From contig CAWGZV010000002.1 of NCBI GenBank assembly GCA_963827155.1, positions 3,287,237-3,351,236 of the forward strand: a stretch of DNA of 64,000 nt, written 5' to 3'. Shown piece by piece: positions 9,202-20,308 of the stretch. The notes under the pieces are model-generated. The model saw only the letters and a list, made by a program, of their open reading frames with translations. It was not told where the DNA came from and made no database searches. The stretch comes from an uncultured Chloroflexia bacterium (lineage in GTDB: Bacteria; Chloroflexota; Anaerolineae; Anaerolineales; UBA4823). Positions within the stretch are counted from its first letter, which is position 1, and each line of letters starts with the position of its first letter. A program made the translations under genes and the position numbers.

Positions 9202-9948
9202 TCATGCCATAAAGATCTTCAGGGCTGCTAGAAATGCAAAAACGCCTCCAACGAGCAAACCGGCACGCAGCGTCTCTCCCGACCCGCGTAGATCAGTGAC
9301 CGGAGAATAAGGATCCTGCCTTTGGTAGAGCGGACCGGCTAACCAGGCAAATGTTGTTCCCCCAACCAGACCTCCCAGGTGCCCCCAGTTGTCGATCCCA
9401 GGTCTTAATCCGATCACCAGGTTGATCACAGCAATGGTCACCACATTGGTTAGCGAGCGCCGCGCCATAGGTCCAAATAATTTCCGGTTCTGGTAGAAGA
9501 ATACCCCTTCCGCTCCCAACAGCCCAAAGATTGCAGTAGATGCTCCCAGCGATGGCTCAACCGAAAACAGAAACGAGGCTACATTTCCAGTAAATCCGCT
9601 CAGCAAATAGAGTGTCAGGTACCGCCCCCGCCCATAGAACCGCTCCAACCCTGTTCCGATCACAAAAAGGGCGTACATATTAAAACCGATATGCAAAACG
9701 GAGGCATGCAGGAACATCGGTGTGAACAGGCGCCAGATCTGCCCCTGGATGATCAGCTCGTTCACCTTCATTCCAAAAGCTGCCGGCAGATCAGTTCCCA
9801 ATAGATACTGCGAAGCGAACTGAAGCCCATAAACCGCGATCGTAATCGCCATGAGTGAATAGGTAACAACCGGCTTCCAGCTTTTATTCATTCCGATCGC
9901 ACCTCCATCTGGCGCAGTCGGGGGACTATCTTGTTCGATGTTCGTCAT
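9202..9948 (-). CDS. Rhomboid-family intramembrane serine protease
   Basis: Six or more hydrophobic helices. Motifs FLHASVLHIGFNM, the catalytic GASTAIFGLLGA and HLGGLVGG. The start overlaps the gmk stop (ATGA). Confidence 0.85.
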   Translation of the reverse strand: MTNIEQDSPPTAPDGGAIGMNKSWKPVVTYSLMAITIAVYGLQFASQYLLGTDLPAAFGMKVNELIIQGQIWRLFTPMFLHASVLHIGFNMYALFVIGTGLERFYGRGRYLTLYLLSGFTGNVASFLFSVEPSLGASTAIFGLLGAEGVFFYQNRKLFGPMARRSLTNVVTIAVINLVIGLRPGIDNWGHLGGLVGGTTFAWLAGPLYQRQDPYSPVTDLRGSGETLRAGLLVGGVFAFLAALKIFMA

Positions 9949-10568
9949 AGCGCTACCTTTCTGTGGCGTACCCGGTGATGTTCTGCTGCGATGATCGCTT
10001 CAATCAAATCCAGAGTGTCTTCCAGGTGATCATCCTGGTTGATAACTACATAGTCAAACAACCCGATTTGCTTGAGTTCTTGCCGCGCCATCGCGATCCT
10101 TAACTTCAATCCTTCGGCATCTTCGCTTCGGCGGACTGTAAGCCTTCGAACCAGCTCGTCCTCGTCTTTCGGTGCCAGGAAGATCAGCAAGGCTTCGGGC
10201 ACCAGCTTGCGTACCGTGTCAGCCCCCTGCACATCCACCCGCATCACTACATCTTTGCCTGTCGTAAGCGCTTCCCGCACCTGCTGTTTGGGTACACCTT
10301 TATAATCCTCGTAAACGATTGCGTACTCGAGCAGCTCACCCTGCTCGATCATCTCGGCAAATTCATCCTTACTGAGGAAGAAATAATGTTCCCCATGCTT
10401 CTCTGTTGATCGTCGCGCCCGGGTAGTTGCGGTAATTACAAAGTGAAAAGGCAGCCCTCTCTCGCGCAGTCCCTCGATAACAGTGTCCTTTCCCGCCCCA
10501 GAAGGTCCGGAGATCACAATCAGGAGCGGCTCGGGGGTTAATGGATAAAATTCGTTTTCAGAAGACAC
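9945..10568 (-). CDS. gmk: Guanylate kinase
   Basis: P-loop ISGPSGAGKDT and the conserved TTRARR...GEHYFF pattern. Confidence 0.9.
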   Translation of the reverse strand: MSSENEFYPLTPEPLLIVISGPSGAGKDTVIEGLRERGLPFHFVITATTRARRSTEKHGEHYFFLSKDEFAEMIEQGELLEYAIVYEDYKGVPKQQVREALTTGKDVVMRVDVQGADTVRKLVPEALLIFLAPKDEDELVRRLTVRRSEDAEGLKLRIAMARQELKQIGLFDYVVINQDDHLEDTLDLIEAIIAAEHHRVRHRKVAL

Positions 10569-10648
10569 GCTAACCTCGTTGCATATTTTGGATTGGGTTG
10601 ATTATAATTTCAAAGTACTTTCGAACAACAAAACTCATGGGAGGTAAT

Positions 10649-11050
10649 ATGCCCAACTATCCTTATCGCTGCCTGGACTGCAAGAAACGATTTGATGTTT
10701 TTCTTACATACGGCGAATATGGTGTAAAACCAGTCTCGTGTCCAAACTGTGGAAGTCAGAAACTCGAGCGCCGGATCAGCCGCATCCGCATTGCCCGCTC
10801 GGAAGAAAGCCGGCTGGATGGTCTTTCAAGTATGGATGGTCTCGATGACCTGGACGGCCTCGAAGATGATCCACGCGCCCTGGGGAAGATGATGCGTAAA
10901 ATGGGGCGGGAAATGGGAGAAGATGTCGGTCCCGAATTCGACGAAGTCATCGATCGTCTCGAAGCAGGGCAAAGCCCCGAAGAGATCGAATCAGCTTTGC
11001 CGGATTTAGGCGGTGATTTAGGCGCACCTGGCGGTATGGATGATTATTAA
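10649..11050 (+). CDS. FmdB/CxxC_CxxC_SSSS-family zinc-ribbon protein with a long acidic tail
   Basis: MPNYPYRCLDCKKRFD...CPNCGS. ATG 10649 is preceded by GGGAGGT. Confidence 0.75.
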   Translation: MPNYPYRCLDCKKRFDVFLTYGEYGVKPVSCPNCGSQKLERRISRIRIARSEESRLDGLSSMDGLDDLDGLEDDPRALGKMMRKMGREMGEDVGPEFDEVIDRLEAGQSPEEIESALPDLGGDLGAPGGMDDY

Positions 11051-11727
11051 GCCGGGGTTTTCCCCTTCAGTCGGTTCAATACAACCTGGCGGATCTCTGC
11101 CTGTACTTCCTCCAATGTCCGACCAGCATCTACAACTACCCAGCGGTCTGGACCAGCTTGCGCCAGTTTGAGGAACCCCTCACGCACACGCTGGTGGAAG
11201 GCACAGTCATAAGCATCCATGCGGTTCCACCCACCCTGATTCATCCGCCGCTCTAACCCTTTATCTATATCGACATCAAGGAGTAGGGTCAAATCTGGAG
11301 TCAAGCCGCCTGTTGCAAATGCGATTAGCGGCTTAAGTTCATCAATCGAGAACTGCTGGTGCCCAAACCCTTGATAGGCCAGAGTTGAGTCCGCGTATCG
11401 ATCCGAGACCACGAGATATCCCTCCGAAAGGCGAGGTTTGATCACTTGCTCTACCAGCTGCGACCTCGATGCCTGGAAGAGCAGGATCTCGGTGCGCGGG
11501 CGCATTTCTGTGTTCTTCAAACCCATCAGCACGGAGCGAATCTCATCTCCGATCGGCGTTCCGCCTGGTTCGCGGGTTGAATATACCTGGTATCCCTGTT
11601 CACGTAAGTATTCGGCCAGCGCGGCGACATGTGTTGTCTTACCGCTGCCCTCCGGTCCTTCAACCGTGATGAACACCCCGTTATCCTTCACGGAAAATTC
11701 GCACCCTCCGGTTCGGCTCTTTCCCAT
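11047..11727 (-). CDS. tmk: Thymidylate kinase
   Basis: FITVEGPEGSGKTT P-loop, DRY motif (SDRYADSTLAYQG). The start is uncertain: ATG 11727 or GTG 11691. The longer track ORF (to 11823) would overlap the upstream gene heavily. Confidence 0.85.
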   Translation of the reverse strand: MGKSRTGGCEFSVKDNGVFITVEGPEGSGKTTHVAALAEYLREQGYQVYSTREPGGTPIGDEIRSVLMGLKNTEMRPRTEILLFQASRSQLVEQVIKPRLSEGYLVVSDRYADSTLAYQGFGHQQFSIDELKPLIAFATGGLTPDLTLLLDVDIDKGLERRMNQGGWNRMDAYDCAFHQRVREGFLKLAQAGPDRWVVVDAGRTLEEVQAEIRQVVLNRLKGKTPA

Positions 11728-13303
11728 AGGAATGTGAGACCAGGTTCGCCTCTCTTGCCATTTGGTGCTGAAGCCTTCGGATTGAAGATGCCGCCGGGTG
11801 AAGCTCCACCCACCGCTCCCCATTCATGACAGCGTCAATTGCGCCGCGCGTCTCTTCTACCACGGCATCGATCGCAACGTTGCCCTGTTCGTCCGTATAA
11901 AGATTGAAAAGGTCGCCGAGGAACTGCTGCATCTGGTTCACTGTATTTGAGCGCAGCACATAGATCGGGATGCTTCTGTTCTCGGCGTCTGAGATCGTGC
12001 GTTGACGTTTGCGGTAATATGAGCGCAGCGTCACAAGCACATCCGCTTCACCTGGCTGGTCAACAATTGTCGCAGGTACAGCCAGCCGCCGCGCCGCCTG
12101 GACCAACCGGTTCCGCGCCACGCCATAAGGATAAATCTTCATGGGCTGCAACCCATTCCGACCTCGCCCCGGCATTGCCGGCTCAGGATAACGCCTCATG
12201 GGTTCATTTTCGAAGGGAGGGGCTTGCTGAGCGTAGCGCTCTGATGAGGGTTCATTCCCCTGGCGTCGGAAACCCTGCTGTCCGGTTGAAAGAGGCCGGT
12301 TTGGCGCCGGCGCTCGTTCAATTCGTATCTCCCCATCGATCCTCTCGCGGATCTCTGGAGGCAGCGGATATCCTCGCAGCAAGGAGTCCACTGCCGCAGC
12401 AACATCCGGGTGGACTGCAACTCGTTCTCGATTCTGAATCTCGATCAATACATCGAATGTTGGCGGAGCTCTCCGCTCGAGTACAGTCTTTTGGGTGCCG
12501 CGTCTGCGCGCTTCCTCATCCGATAGGGTGACGGATTCAATCCCTCCAACCAGGTCAGAAAGAGTTGGGTTCAGCAGCAGATTCTCCAGATTATTACCAT
12601 GCGCAGTTCCAATTAATTGAACTCCCCGCTCGGCAATCGTGCGTGCAGCCGCTGCTTCCAGCTCGCGGCCAATCTCGTCGATCACAATCGCTTCTGGATT
12701 GTGATTTTCGACAGCTTCGATCATCACCTCATGTTGAAGTGAAGGTTTGGCAACCTGCATTCGCCGGGCGCGTCCTACTGCGGGGTGAGGGACATCGCCA
12801 TCGCCACCTATCTCGTTCGAGGTGTCAACAATCACCACTCGCTTTGTCTCAGCCAGGATGCGTGCGGCTTCGCGCAGCATGGTTGTTTTTCCAACCCCTG
12901 GCCTCCCTAAGATCAGCAAACTTTTCCCACTCTCGATCAGGTCCTTGATGATATCCGTAGTTCCATAAACCGCCCGCCCAACCCGGCATGTCAGCCCTAC
13001 AATATAGCCGCGTCGGTTGCGGATGGCTGAGATCCTGTGAAGGGTTCGCTCTAATCCAGCCCGGTTGTCCGCGTCAAATTCCCCAATCCGCTCGACTACG
13101 AAGTCGATATCTTCGTCCGCGACATCAATTTCCCGCAGCGGCACTTCTCGAAGGACAAACCGCGCCGTTGGAATTCTCCCCAAATCCATAATGACCTCAA
13201 GCAGATTGTCGCTATCGTTGGCTTCTTTCACTGCCTCTGCAATCGGCTTGGGCAACACAGACATCAGGGCTTGCAGATCATCGGTAATTTTCTTCTGATA
13301 CAT
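11681..13303 (-). CDS. R3H-domain AAA+ ATPase (Ycf45/SpoIIIAA-like)
   Basis: Walker A LGRPGVGKTT, Walker B VIVDTSNEIGG / IVIDEIG. The C-terminal R3H-like end is VSHSYGKEPNRRVRIF. Confidence 0.8.
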   Translation of the reverse strand: MYQKKITDDLQALMSVLPKPIAEAVKEANDSDNLLEVIMDLGRIPTARFVLREVPLREIDVADEDIDFVVERIGEFDADNRAGLERTLHRISAIRNRRGYIVGLTCRVGRAVYGTTDIIKDLIESGKSLLILGRPGVGKTTMLREAARILAETKRVVIVDTSNEIGGDGDVPHPAVGRARRMQVAKPSLQHEVMIEAVENHNPEAIVIDEIGRELEAAAARTIAERGVQLIGTAHGNNLENLLLNPTLSDLVGGIESVTLSDEEARRRGTQKTVLERRAPPTFDVLIEIQNRERVAVHPDVAAAVDSLLRGYPLPPEIRERIDGEIRIERAPAPNRPLSTGQQGFRRQGNEPSSERYAQQAPPFENEPMRRYPEPAMPGRGRNGLQPMKIYPYGVARNRLVQAARRLAVPATIVDQPGEADVLVTLRSYYRKRQRTISDAENRSIPIYVLRSNTVNQMQQFLGDLFNLYTDEQGNVAIDAVVEETRGAIDAVMNGERWVELHPAASSIRRLQHQMAREANLVSHSYGKEPNRRVRIFREG

Positions 13304-13308
13304 GATTG

Positions 13309-14277
13309 TTATGTATTCTCCACACGTGCGATTGGGGCGGTGACTTCAGCCTGACCGCCTTCAAGCGCCGGAAGTGCAAAGGTTCGAGCGGCTTTCTGCT
13401 GAACGACAAGCTGCCGCGCCATTACTGCCTGTCGAGGTCCCACTTCCGCGCCAAGCGCCTCAATCGCTGGCTCTAACCAGGCCTGGTAAGATCTTACGCA
13501 AATATACACAGGAGTTTTGCGCCGTTTCGTAATCTTTGCCAACAATTCCAAAAGATAATCCTGCACGTTTTCGGTATCTGGATGGATAAGCGGTTGCGCC
13601 CAGATCCCGCGGTGACCAACGATCAGGTCGACCCAAGCCGCAAGCTCACCGTCCTGATAATATACAAGCCCGTGCGACTTCTGAATGGCTATGGGCTCAA
13701 ATTGCTGCACCAATCCAGGCACAAGGTTATTGTATAACGTTCTAACTGCGATCATATCTCGGTCGACGGCTGTATGCCAACCAAAAGCCCCTGGTTTTTC
13801 GGATTTCTCACCTGAAATTTGATCGCTCGGGGTTTTCAGGCTTGCCAGCTGCCAGATCCGCTGGCGTGTGAAAATCGCAAATCCGGTTCTCCTCAACGCT
13901 TCAAACGCTAAAGACCGTTCATCCACATCTGCCAGCAGCCTGAGTGCGCCGCGCTCCCCGGAAACCGCCATCATGAATTCCACCAACGACCCAATTGCAT
14001 CGCCTTCCAGCGCTTCGCCTGGTGTAAGAAATGTCAAGTGAGAGAGCGGGCTTCCTGTTGAATGGATAAACTGACCCAGCACACATGTGTCATTGTCTCC
14101 GTATCCATCAGAGACAAAGGTGAACACTCCCATATTTGGCGCAATAGATGAGAGCAGGGCGCCAGGGACCATCAGCTCTCCGCGGGTAAGTACCAACGCG
14201 CTGTCCAGGTAAACGCTGGAGTTTCTGTATCTTTGTAAGCAACGGAGATCACGCCAACCGAACAAGCGCACGCTCAT
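13309..14277 (-). CDS. Hypothetical protein (weak GNAT-like pattern)
   Basis: 322-aa ORF, co-directional with and 5 nt upstream of the R3H ATPase. Only a weak acyltransferase-like stretch is seen (RLLADVDERSLAFEALRRTGFAIFTRQRIW). Confidence 0.6.
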   Translation of the reverse strand: MSVRLFGWRDLRCLQRYRNSSVYLDSALVLTRGELMVPGALLSSIAPNMGVFTFVSDGYGDNDTCVLGQFIHSTGSPLSHLTFLTPGEALEGDAIGSLVEFMMAVSGERGALRLLADVDERSLAFEALRRTGFAIFTRQRIWQLASLKTPSDQISGEKSEKPGAFGWHTAVDRDMIAVRTLYNNLVPGLVQQFEPIAIQKSHGLVYYQDGELAAWVDLIVGHRGIWAQPLIHPDTENVQDYLLELLAKITKRRKTPVYICVRSYQAWLEPAIEALGAEVGPRQAVMARQLVVQQKAARTFALPALEGGQAEVTAPIARVENT

Positions 14278-14324
14278 GAGATTACATCCTGCCTGGCGCT
14301 AATTGACCTTATCCTTTTTGGCGT

Positions 14325-14903
14325 TCAATCGACCAGAGTCATGAAATAACGGTGGAAGCGATCATCACGGGTCAGCTCCGGGTGGAATGATGTTGCGAGA
14401 AGATGGTCCTGCTGAGCCGCAACGATTTGCCCTTCCGGCAGGGTCGCCAGAATTTGGGCATTTCCACTGACTGATTCAATGAGCGGGGCGCGGATGAAAA
14501 TTGCATGGTAAGAGCTTCCTTTAGAACTTACACTCTGCAGAGCCGGCACATCGATATCGCTTTCAAAGCTTTCGATCTGTCTGCCGAACGCGTTCCGTTC
14601 AACCTGGATATTCATCAAACCAAGCAGTGGTTGCTGCCGACGGGCGTCCTTCGAAAGGAAAATCGCGCCGGCGCAAGTCCCCCAAATCGCCTTCTTTTGG
14701 CCGAACTGGCTCAGCGGTTCCATCAGACCGTACGCCACCGCCAGTTTTCCAATTGTCGTTGACTCTCCGCCAGGGATGATCAACCCATCCAGTTCATTTA
14801 GTTGACCTGGTAGACGGACCTCCGATGCATCCACACCAATCTCGCGCAGGATGTGAATATGCTCAATAAAATCACCCTGCAGGGCAAGAACTCCAATTTT
14901 CAT
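14325..14903 (-). CDS. pdxT: Pyridoxal 5'-phosphate synthase, glutaminase subunit
   Basis: MKIGVLALQGDFIEH, the catalytic GTCAG and the FHPE motif. Confidence 0.9.
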   Translation of the reverse strand: MKIGVLALQGDFIEHIHILREIGVDASEVRLPGQLNELDGLIIPGGESTTIGKLAVAYGLMEPLSQFGQKKAIWGTCAGAIFLSKDARRQQPLLGLMNIQVERNAFGRQIESFESDIDVPALQSVSSKGSSYHAIFIRAPLIESVSGNAQILATLPEGQIVAAQQDHLLATSFHPELTRDDRFHRYFMTLVD

Positions 14904-14951
14904 AGAACTTGAATATCCTGGCTGACCATCCAGCCGCGTTTCAGCGCACCC

Positions 14952-15845
14952 TTACCAGCCTCTTTGCGCGATCAGCTCAGCTTCGGGTATAGCCGAAATC
15001 TGCCGACCGACCATCGGCTCGCCCAAATTCCGGCTTACTTCCGCCAGAATATAAGGGTCGCTGAAATGCGTCACCGCCTTGACAATCGCAGCCGCACGCC
15101 GGGCCGGATCGCCAGATTTAAATATACCGGATCCAACAAATACGCCGTCCACACCAAGCTGCATCATCAGCGCCGCGTCCGCCGGAGTTGCCACTCCACC
15201 AGCGGCAAAATTGACTACTGACAGCCGGCCTAACTCGCGGGTCTCCATCATCAGTTCAAATGGTGCGCCGATCTCTTTCGAGTACGCCATCACTTCCTCT
15301 TCCGGTAAATTTTGGATACGGCGGATTTCTCCCAACACCGACCTGGCGTGCCGTACCGCTTCGACCACATCTCCGGTGCCAGCCTCGCCTTTGGTTCGGA
15401 TCATTGCCGCACCTTCCCCGATGCGCCTCAATGCTTCCCCCAGATTTCTGCATCCGCAGACAAATGGCACTTTGAAGCTGTGTTTGTTTATGTGATGCTG
15501 TTCATCTGCAGGTGTGAGCACCTCAAATTCGTCGATGTAATCTACCCCGATCGCTTCCAGAATCTGCGCTTCTACAAAATGCCCGATCCGGCACTTCGCC
15601 ATCACAGGGATGGATACGGTGTCCATGATTTTTAAAATCAACTCCGGGTCGCTCATACGCGCCACACCGCCATGTGCGCGAATATCTGCCGGAACACGTT
15701 CGAGTGCCATTACGGCTACTGCGCCGGCATCCTCTGCAATTTTGGCATGTTCCGGCGTGACAACATCCATGATGACCCCGCCCTTGAGCATCTGTGCCAA
15801 GCCCTTTTTTACAGTAAAGGTGCCAACTTCTTTCTCCATTTTCAA
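14952..15845 (-). CDS. pdxS: Pyridoxal 5'-phosphate synthase, lyase subunit
   Basis: Highly conserved PdxS sequence ([35 protein letters not shown]). Confidence 0.95.
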   Translation of the reverse strand: MKMEKEVGTFTVKKGLAQMLKGGVIMDVVTPEHAKIAEDAGAVAVMALERVPADIRAHGGVARMSDPELILKIMDTVSIPVMAKCRIGHFVEAQILEAIGVDYIDEFEVLTPADEQHHINKHSFKVPFVCGCRNLGEALRRIGEGAAMIRTKGEAGTGDVVEAVRHARSVLGEIRRIQNLPEEEVMAYSKEIGAPFELMMETRELGRLSVVNFAAGGVATPADAALMMQLGVDGVFVGSGIFKSGDPARRAAAIVKAVTHFSDPYILAEVSRNLGEPMVGRQISAIPEAELIAQRGW

Positions 15846-16107
15846 AAACCTCCAACATAATGCCGACTAACCGTCAGCAGGAAATCAATTTACCGATGGA
15901 TCGTGAGTAATGAACCCTAAATCATTCTACCATGCGCATGTTTTCATTGCAATCCATGCCTCTCACACCGGATTTACTTCTATGGCATTCTAATAATCAT
16001 TTAACCCTTATAAATCAAGGGCGCAATTTTGTTCCAAAATAAACGACCTCCATTGGCAATCGCCGCCGGAGGCCGCATAATTCGTATGTTTCGCTTGAAA
16101 TCGGCAG

Positions 16108-18621
16108 CTAAGCGGTTGGTACCGCTTCCGGTTTAACTTCCGTTTCACCGGTCTCCCCATCGCCCCGCCGAAGCACAACTTCGTCTCCTTCCAGATCAAC
16201 AAAGATCTCTCCACACCCCTGGAATTCACCAGAAAGAAGCGAATCGGAAAGCGGATCTTCCACTTTTTGCTGGATCACCCTGCGGAGTGGTCGGGCACCC
16301 ATGTCTGGGTCGTATCCCAGCTCTGCAAGTTTTTCAAGCGCTTCCGGTCTTGCCTTGAGCGTGATTTCATACTCCTTCAGCCTTAGTGCAACTTTATCCA
16401 GCTCCAGCTGTACGATCGACTTGATATCTTCCTTGCTCAGTGATCGGAAGACAATCATCGAATCCAGGCGGTTGATGAACTCCGGGCGGAAAACCCGTTT
16501 GAGCAAGTCCATCAATTTCTTACGCATTTCGTCATAGGCCATGCGCTCTTCTGTCTCTTCGTCATGTTTAAGCGCAAAACCAAGAGACGACTGGCGTTTG
16601 ATCATGTCTGCACCAACATTCGAGGTCATCACGACGATCGCATTCCTGAAATCTACTTTTCGGCCTTTTGCGTCCGAGAGATGACCTTCCTCCATGATTT
16701 GAAGGAGCATGTTGTGAGCTTCGGGGTGAGCTTTCTCGATTTCGTCGAACACGACAATCGAATAAGGTCTCCGGCGCAGCGCCTCTGTCAGCTGTCCCGC
16801 TTCCTCATAACCTACATACCCAGGTGGGGCCCCAACCAGCCTGCTGACGGTATGCCGTTCCATAAATTCCGACATATCCAGCTGGATCAGCGCATCCTCG
16901 CTGCCAAACATAAACCGTGCCAGGGCTTTGGTAAGCTCTGTCTTGCCCACGCCTGTTGGACCGAGGAACATAAACGAACCAATCGGGCGGCGCGGGTCTT
17001 TCAATCCTGCCCTTGCTCGGCGGACGGCTTTCGCGATCGCTTTTATCGCTTCTTCCTGACCGATAATGTGCTTTTCAAGATCGGATTCCATCTGCAGCAG
17101 CCTCTGTGATTCTTCTTGGGCAATCTGCATCACAGGTACACCTGTCCACATGGATACCACCTCAGCGATATCATCTGCGGTAACGGTCGGGCTGTTCGCC
17201 CGATCCCACCCTGAGCGCAGCCGGTCAAGCTGCACCTCAATCGTCTCCTGGCGGGTCAGAAAATCTTGAGCGTCATCATTTCGCCCATCTTCCTGAGCCA
17301 AGGCAAAATTCTGGCGAAGCTCACGCAGTTGGGACATCAAGTCCTTCGCTTCTTTTGCCGAGGGGCTCTTGTACATCCTTACTCTGGATGAAGATTCATC
17401 GATCAGGTCAATTGCTTTATCCGGCAGGAAACGCTCGGTGACGTAGCGCGCCGATAACTGCACCGCTGCGTCCAATGCTTCATCCGAAATTTTCAGCCGG
17501 TGGTGCTCTTCATAAGCCCCTCGGACACCTTTCAGGATCTCGATGGTCTCATCGACGCTTGGCTCTTCCACAATCACAGGCTGGAAGCGCCGCTCAAGAG
17601 CTGCATCGCTCTCAATATGTTTTCGGTATTCATCTAGTGTGGTCGCGCCAATTACCTGAAGCTCGCCGCGCGAGAGCGCAGGTTTTAAGATATTTGCTGC
17701 GTCCACCGAAGAGCCTGCAGCCCCAGCCCCTACGAGCATATGGACTTCATCGATAAACAGGATTGACATTGAGGCTTTGAGCTCATCGATCACTCGCTTG
17801 AGCCTTTCCTCAAATTGACCACGGTACATTGTCCCGGCAACCAACGAACCAACATCCAACTGCAGTACTCGCTTGTCGAGCAGCGGGGCGGGCACATCTC
17901 CTTCGATGATCCGCTGAGCAAGTCCTTCGACAATGGCTGTTTTCCCAACCCCAGGTTCGCCGATAAGCGCCGGGTTGTTTTTAGTCCGCCGCGCCAGGAT
18001 CTGGATCACGCGCTCGATCTCCATCTGACGTCCGATCACCGGGTCAAGCTTGCCCTCTTCGGCAAGCTGTGTGAGGTCGGTTGCCAGCTGGTCAACCATT
18101 GGCGTCTTGGCTTTGTTCTGCTCCTGGCGGCTTTGTTTTTTCTCGGAAGCAGCCGGCGCCGCACCGGTCTTTTGAGATGCGCTGCTTTCTTGCAGCACCC
18201 GCCGCGTCTGCCTGCGGATCTGCTCTGCTGTAACCCCAAGCTTACGCAGAACATCCATCGCAATCCCTTCTCCGTGCCGCACCAGTCCCAGCAGGAGATG
18301 TTCTGTCCCGATATAATGATGACCCATTCGGCGAGCTTCATCTACTGCAAATTCAAGCACCTGCTGCGTTCCTGGAGAAAGGTCCAGCTTACCGCCGCGG
18401 TATTCACCTGGACCGGTCAGGCGCTCGACTAATTCCTGAACGCGATCTGCCTCCAGACCCAGCTCTCTCAAAACGCGTCCGGCAACTCCACCTTCTTCCC
18501 TGATTAAACCCAGTAAAAGGTGTTCTGTCCCGATATAGTTATGGCGCATGCGTTCAGCCTCTTGATGTGCAAGGCTGAGAACCCGTCGCGCCCTCTGTGT
18601 AAAGCGTTCCATGCCAGACAC
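16108..18621 (-). CDS. clpC: ATP-dependent Clp protease ATP-binding subunit ClpC
   Basis: Two Clp_N repeats ([10 protein letters not shown] twice) and two AAA+ modules ([17 protein letters not shown]). Confidence 0.9.
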   Translation of the reverse strand: MSGMERFTQRARRVLSLAHQEAERMRHNYIGTEHLLLGLIREEGGVAGRVLRELGLEADRVQELVERLTGPGEYRGGKLDLSPGTQQVLEFAVDEARRMGHHYIGTEHLLLGLVRHGEGIAMDVLRKLGVTAEQIRRQTRRVLQESSASQKTGAAPAASEKKQSRQEQNKAKTPMVDQLATDLTQLAEEGKLDPVIGRQMEIERVIQILARRTKNNPALIGEPGVGKTAIVEGLAQRIIEGDVPAPLLDKRVLQLDVGSLVAGTMYRGQFEERLKRVIDELKASMSILFIDEVHMLVGAGAAGSSVDAANILKPALSRGELQVIGATTLDEYRKHIESDAALERRFQPVIVEEPSVDETIEILKGVRGAYEEHHRLKISDEALDAAVQLSARYVTERFLPDKAIDLIDESSSRVRMYKSPSAKEAKDLMSQLRELRQNFALAQEDGRNDDAQDFLTRQETIEVQLDRLRSGWDRANSPTVTADDIAEVVSMWTGVPVMQIAQEESQRLLQMESDLEKHIIGQEEAIKAIAKAVRRARAGLKDPRRPIGSFMFLGPTGVGKTELTKALARFMFGSEDALIQLDMSEFMERHTVSRLVGAPPGYVGYEEAGQLTEALRRRPYSIVVFDEIEKAHPEAHNMLLQIMEEGHLSDAKGRKVDFRNAIVVMTSNVGADMIKRQSSLGFALKHDEETEERMAYDEMRKKLMDLLKRVFRPEFINRLDSMIVFRSLSKEDIKSIVQLELDKVALRLKEYEITLKARPEALEKLAELGYDPDMGARPLRRVIQQKVEDPLSDSLLSGEFQGCGEIFVDLEGDEVVLRRGDGETGETEVKPEAVPTA

Positions 18622-18858
18622 GGCATTCCTCCTAATACCTAACCATTATCCTTACTTTATACCAATCATCTTCACGATGTTGAGACACATTGTCCAATTG
18701 GATTCTACCAGAGTTTACCTACGCCGGATCGTGTGATGCACTTACCGCCGGTTAAGTTAACAAAACTCTTAGAAATACAATGAGCGCACCCTGCGACGGG
18801 CACGCTCATCTGATGGTCTCGTCTCAAAGATCTGTGCAATTGGTGGAACCACCAACTC

Positions 18859-20158
18859 TTACTCGCTGGCTACTCCATCTACATCCGCACTCAAATCATC
18901 CTGGTCTTTTGGCTCAGATTCTTCTGTCGAAGCCGCTTCGCTTGAATAAACTCCATCTTCTTCAGGAAGCGACATGCCGACCTCATCCGATAAACCCATC
19001 TTCCAGTCGAGATCTGTAAATGCCGCCGAATCCACCTTACGCCGGCTTAACCCAATTCGATGTCGTTCTTCGTCGATCTTGATGATCCTCAAGGTGAGGA
19101 TATCCCCTTCTTTCACCACTTCCTTCGGATGGTTCACGCGCTGATCGCTCAGTTCTGAAACATGGATCAGTCCTTCCAGGTCGTCCCCAATTCTGGCAAA
19201 TGCGCCAAACTTAGTCAGATGGGTGATCGTTCCCTCGATCAACATCCCTTCATGAAGCTCTCCGACCTTCTCCATCCATGGATCGCGCTGGAGCTGACGG
19301 ATCGAAAGCCCAATGCGTTTTCGATCACGGTCAACACTGATCACACTTACCTTGACCTCATCGCCAATTTTGAGGACTTCATTCGGATGCTGAATCCTAT
19401 CCCAGGATATCTCGGATAGATGCACCAACCCATCTGCGCCATCGATGTTCACGAATGCGCCAAATTCAGCCAGGCTGGTAACCCGCCCGGTGCGCACATC
19501 TCCTTCGTGGAGTTCATCGAGCAGCCGGTCTTTCAACATTTCGCGTGTTTCTTGAAGCGCCAAACGCTCTGATAGGATCAATCGCCGCCGGTTTCGGTCA
19601 ACTTCGATCACCCGGACCGCAATTTCATCACCAACCATTTTCCCATATCGCAGTTCGGGGGTTTCTCCTCCGCCAGGTCGGCGGGTAAGGCTGATTTGAG
19701 AAGCGGGGACAAACCCTCGCAAGCCTCCGATTGGTACGATCAACCCTCCCTTGTTGAATCCGATGACCTTGCTGTCAAACTCTTCGCCCAATTTCAAGCA
19801 AAGCCTCGACGTCCGCCCAATCGCTTTCTTCTCTCGCACGGACATATGACAATACGACGTTCCCATTCGGATCTTCCGGTGCGATCACAAAAACCGGTAT
19901 TTCCTGCCCCACCTGCAGAGTTTCCCGCTCCTCATCCGGGATTTGCTCCAACTCGCGCCCGGAGATCACACCCTCCGATTTCGTGCCTATACTGACCAGG
20001 ATCTCGTTTTCTCGGATCGTTGCGATGGTTCCCCGTCGTATCTCACCCTGGTTCGGCAGGTCCAGGCTGAGGCCTTCTTCGAGGAGAGACTGCATGGAAA
20101 TTTTTTCCTTATCATCAGCCCCTCCTTCTTGCCCAAAAAGGGCTCCGTCTTGCTCCAT
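18859..20158 (-). pseudogene. rpsA: 30S ribosomal protein S1, reading frame interrupted as sequenced (fragments 19775..20158 and 18859..19866); probably intact in vivo
   Basis: Tandem S1 domains (GEIRRGTIATI..., VIGFNKGGLIV, GRVTSLAEFGAFVNI, GTITHLTKFGAFARI). Removing one base of the G/C run at 19787-19789 gives a continuous ...ALLEIGEEFDSKVIGFNKGG... Confidence 0.85.
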
Positions 20159-20220
20159 ATGATTTCTCTAGCTCCGGTTGATCACAATTTAGGGGTGTAT
20201 TATAAAGGTGAAAAGGCAAC

Positions 20221-20248
20221 TTGACAACCTTAATAATATGGATAGAAT
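20221..20248 (+). promoter_or_regulatory. Sigma-70-like promoter upstream of the ChlI-like gene
   Basis: TTGACA (20221-20226), a 16-nt spacer, then TAGAAT (20243-20248). It lies in the divergent rpsA/chlI-like intergenic region. Confidence 0.45.
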
Positions 20249-20308
20249 TCATATGATCGCAATCTTAACCCGCATGGCACCATACCGCTGCCATGCTGCA
20301 AGGATTAC

